DNA of 64,000 bases, taken from the IMG/VR virus record IMGVR_UViG_3300023174_000066; one strand, 5' to 3'. Position numbers and translations under genes: made by a program. The notes beneath the pieces are model-generated. The model saw nothing but the letters and a program-made list of their open reading frames with translations. It was not told where the DNA came from and did no database searches. This document shows, in pieces, positions 63,435 to 64,000 of the stretch. Position 1 is the first letter of the stretch; every line of letters starts with the position of its first letter. Source of the DNA: an uncultured virus (IMG/VR IMGVR_UViG_3300023174_000066) (Duplodnaviria; Heunggongvirae; Uroviricota; Caudoviricetes).

Positions 63435-63941
63435 TTATCCTATTGTATCAGTTTTACTTTTTACGGATTTTGAGGCTCGCATTAGTTGCTTCTCTAAGTA
63501 AGACTTTGGGTGCCACTTACTTGGGATTTCTCGTGTTTCAATCTCTAAAATAGCCATCTGATCTTCAAATTCTAGATCTTCAAAAAATCTAATTTTATTA
63601 TTTAAAATTTTATCAAAGACCGGTTTAAGATTTTTCCAGTCATCCGGAAAAAATTTCTTGACTGTGTCCAAACACCAAAGAATTCTTTCGGCAAACTGAG
63701 GATTAGGAAGTGAAGCGCCTAAAAATTTATACACTTCTTTTCTTAAAGAATCTGGCATTGGCACAGCAGCAGGAAGTTTCATAAAAGCATTAATTTTCTT
63801 TTTCTGCGTATCGGTATCAGACTCAGATAAACCAAGAGCACTTAGTAAATCTTCTAAAGAATTTACTCCTGGAAACCCCCAGCCCGTCATCTTTATCCAA
63901 TCAGAGGAGTATAAAGAATTATCAATGTTAATCATTTTCAT
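63435..63941 (-). CDS. Hypothetical protein
   Basis: 168-aa AT-rich ORF. Confidence 0.65.
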   Translation of the reverse strand: MKMINIDNSLYSSDWIKMTGWGFPGVNSLEDLLSALGLSESDTDTQKKKINAFMKLPAAVPMPDSLRKEVYKFLGASLPNPQFAERILWCLDTVKKFFPDDWKNLKPVFDKILNNKIRFFEDLEFEDQMAILEIETREIPSKWHPKSYLEKQLMRASKSVKSKTDTIG

Positions 63942-64000
63942 CTTCCCAATCTTTTATTTCTTTTTGTATTTCTTCCTGGTATTTTTTCATTTCCATGTCT

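Overview
This window is 64 kb of a large tailed dsDNA phage (siphovirus-type tail). Its host is almost certainly an Actinobacterium: it carries two WhiB proteins, DUF3039, an MSMEG_6728-like protein, class Ib nrdHIEF, a tmRNA with a ...FALAA tag and many leaderless genes. The right half (minus strand) is a virion operon resembling mycobacteriophage cluster B: protease polyprotein, scaffold-capsid fusion, second capsid protein, major tail, adaptor, -1 frameshifted tail chaperones, tape measure, Dit, hub and S74-chaperone fibre. It is followed by a replication module (PolA, deaminase, RuvC-like, SNF2 helicase, Cas4-like exonuclease, Sak4-like ATPase, DUF669, primase-helicase). The left half holds a glycosyltransferase cluster, a collagen-like fibre cassette, a serine recombinase, the tmRNA, RNR and free-standing homing endonucleases. 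The most unusual element is an endonuclease VII gene with its own leaderless promoter, nested in another frame inside the SNF2 helicase. The helicase frame stays open through it, and the insert is bracketed by CxxH...CxC with no visible intron or intein. Also notable are two copies of a 26-bp palindrome with an accessory site (res-like), two candidate structured ncRNAs (one possibly bistable), and a small basic ORF ahead of the tmRNA. All product calls come from motif recognition by eye, not database searches.
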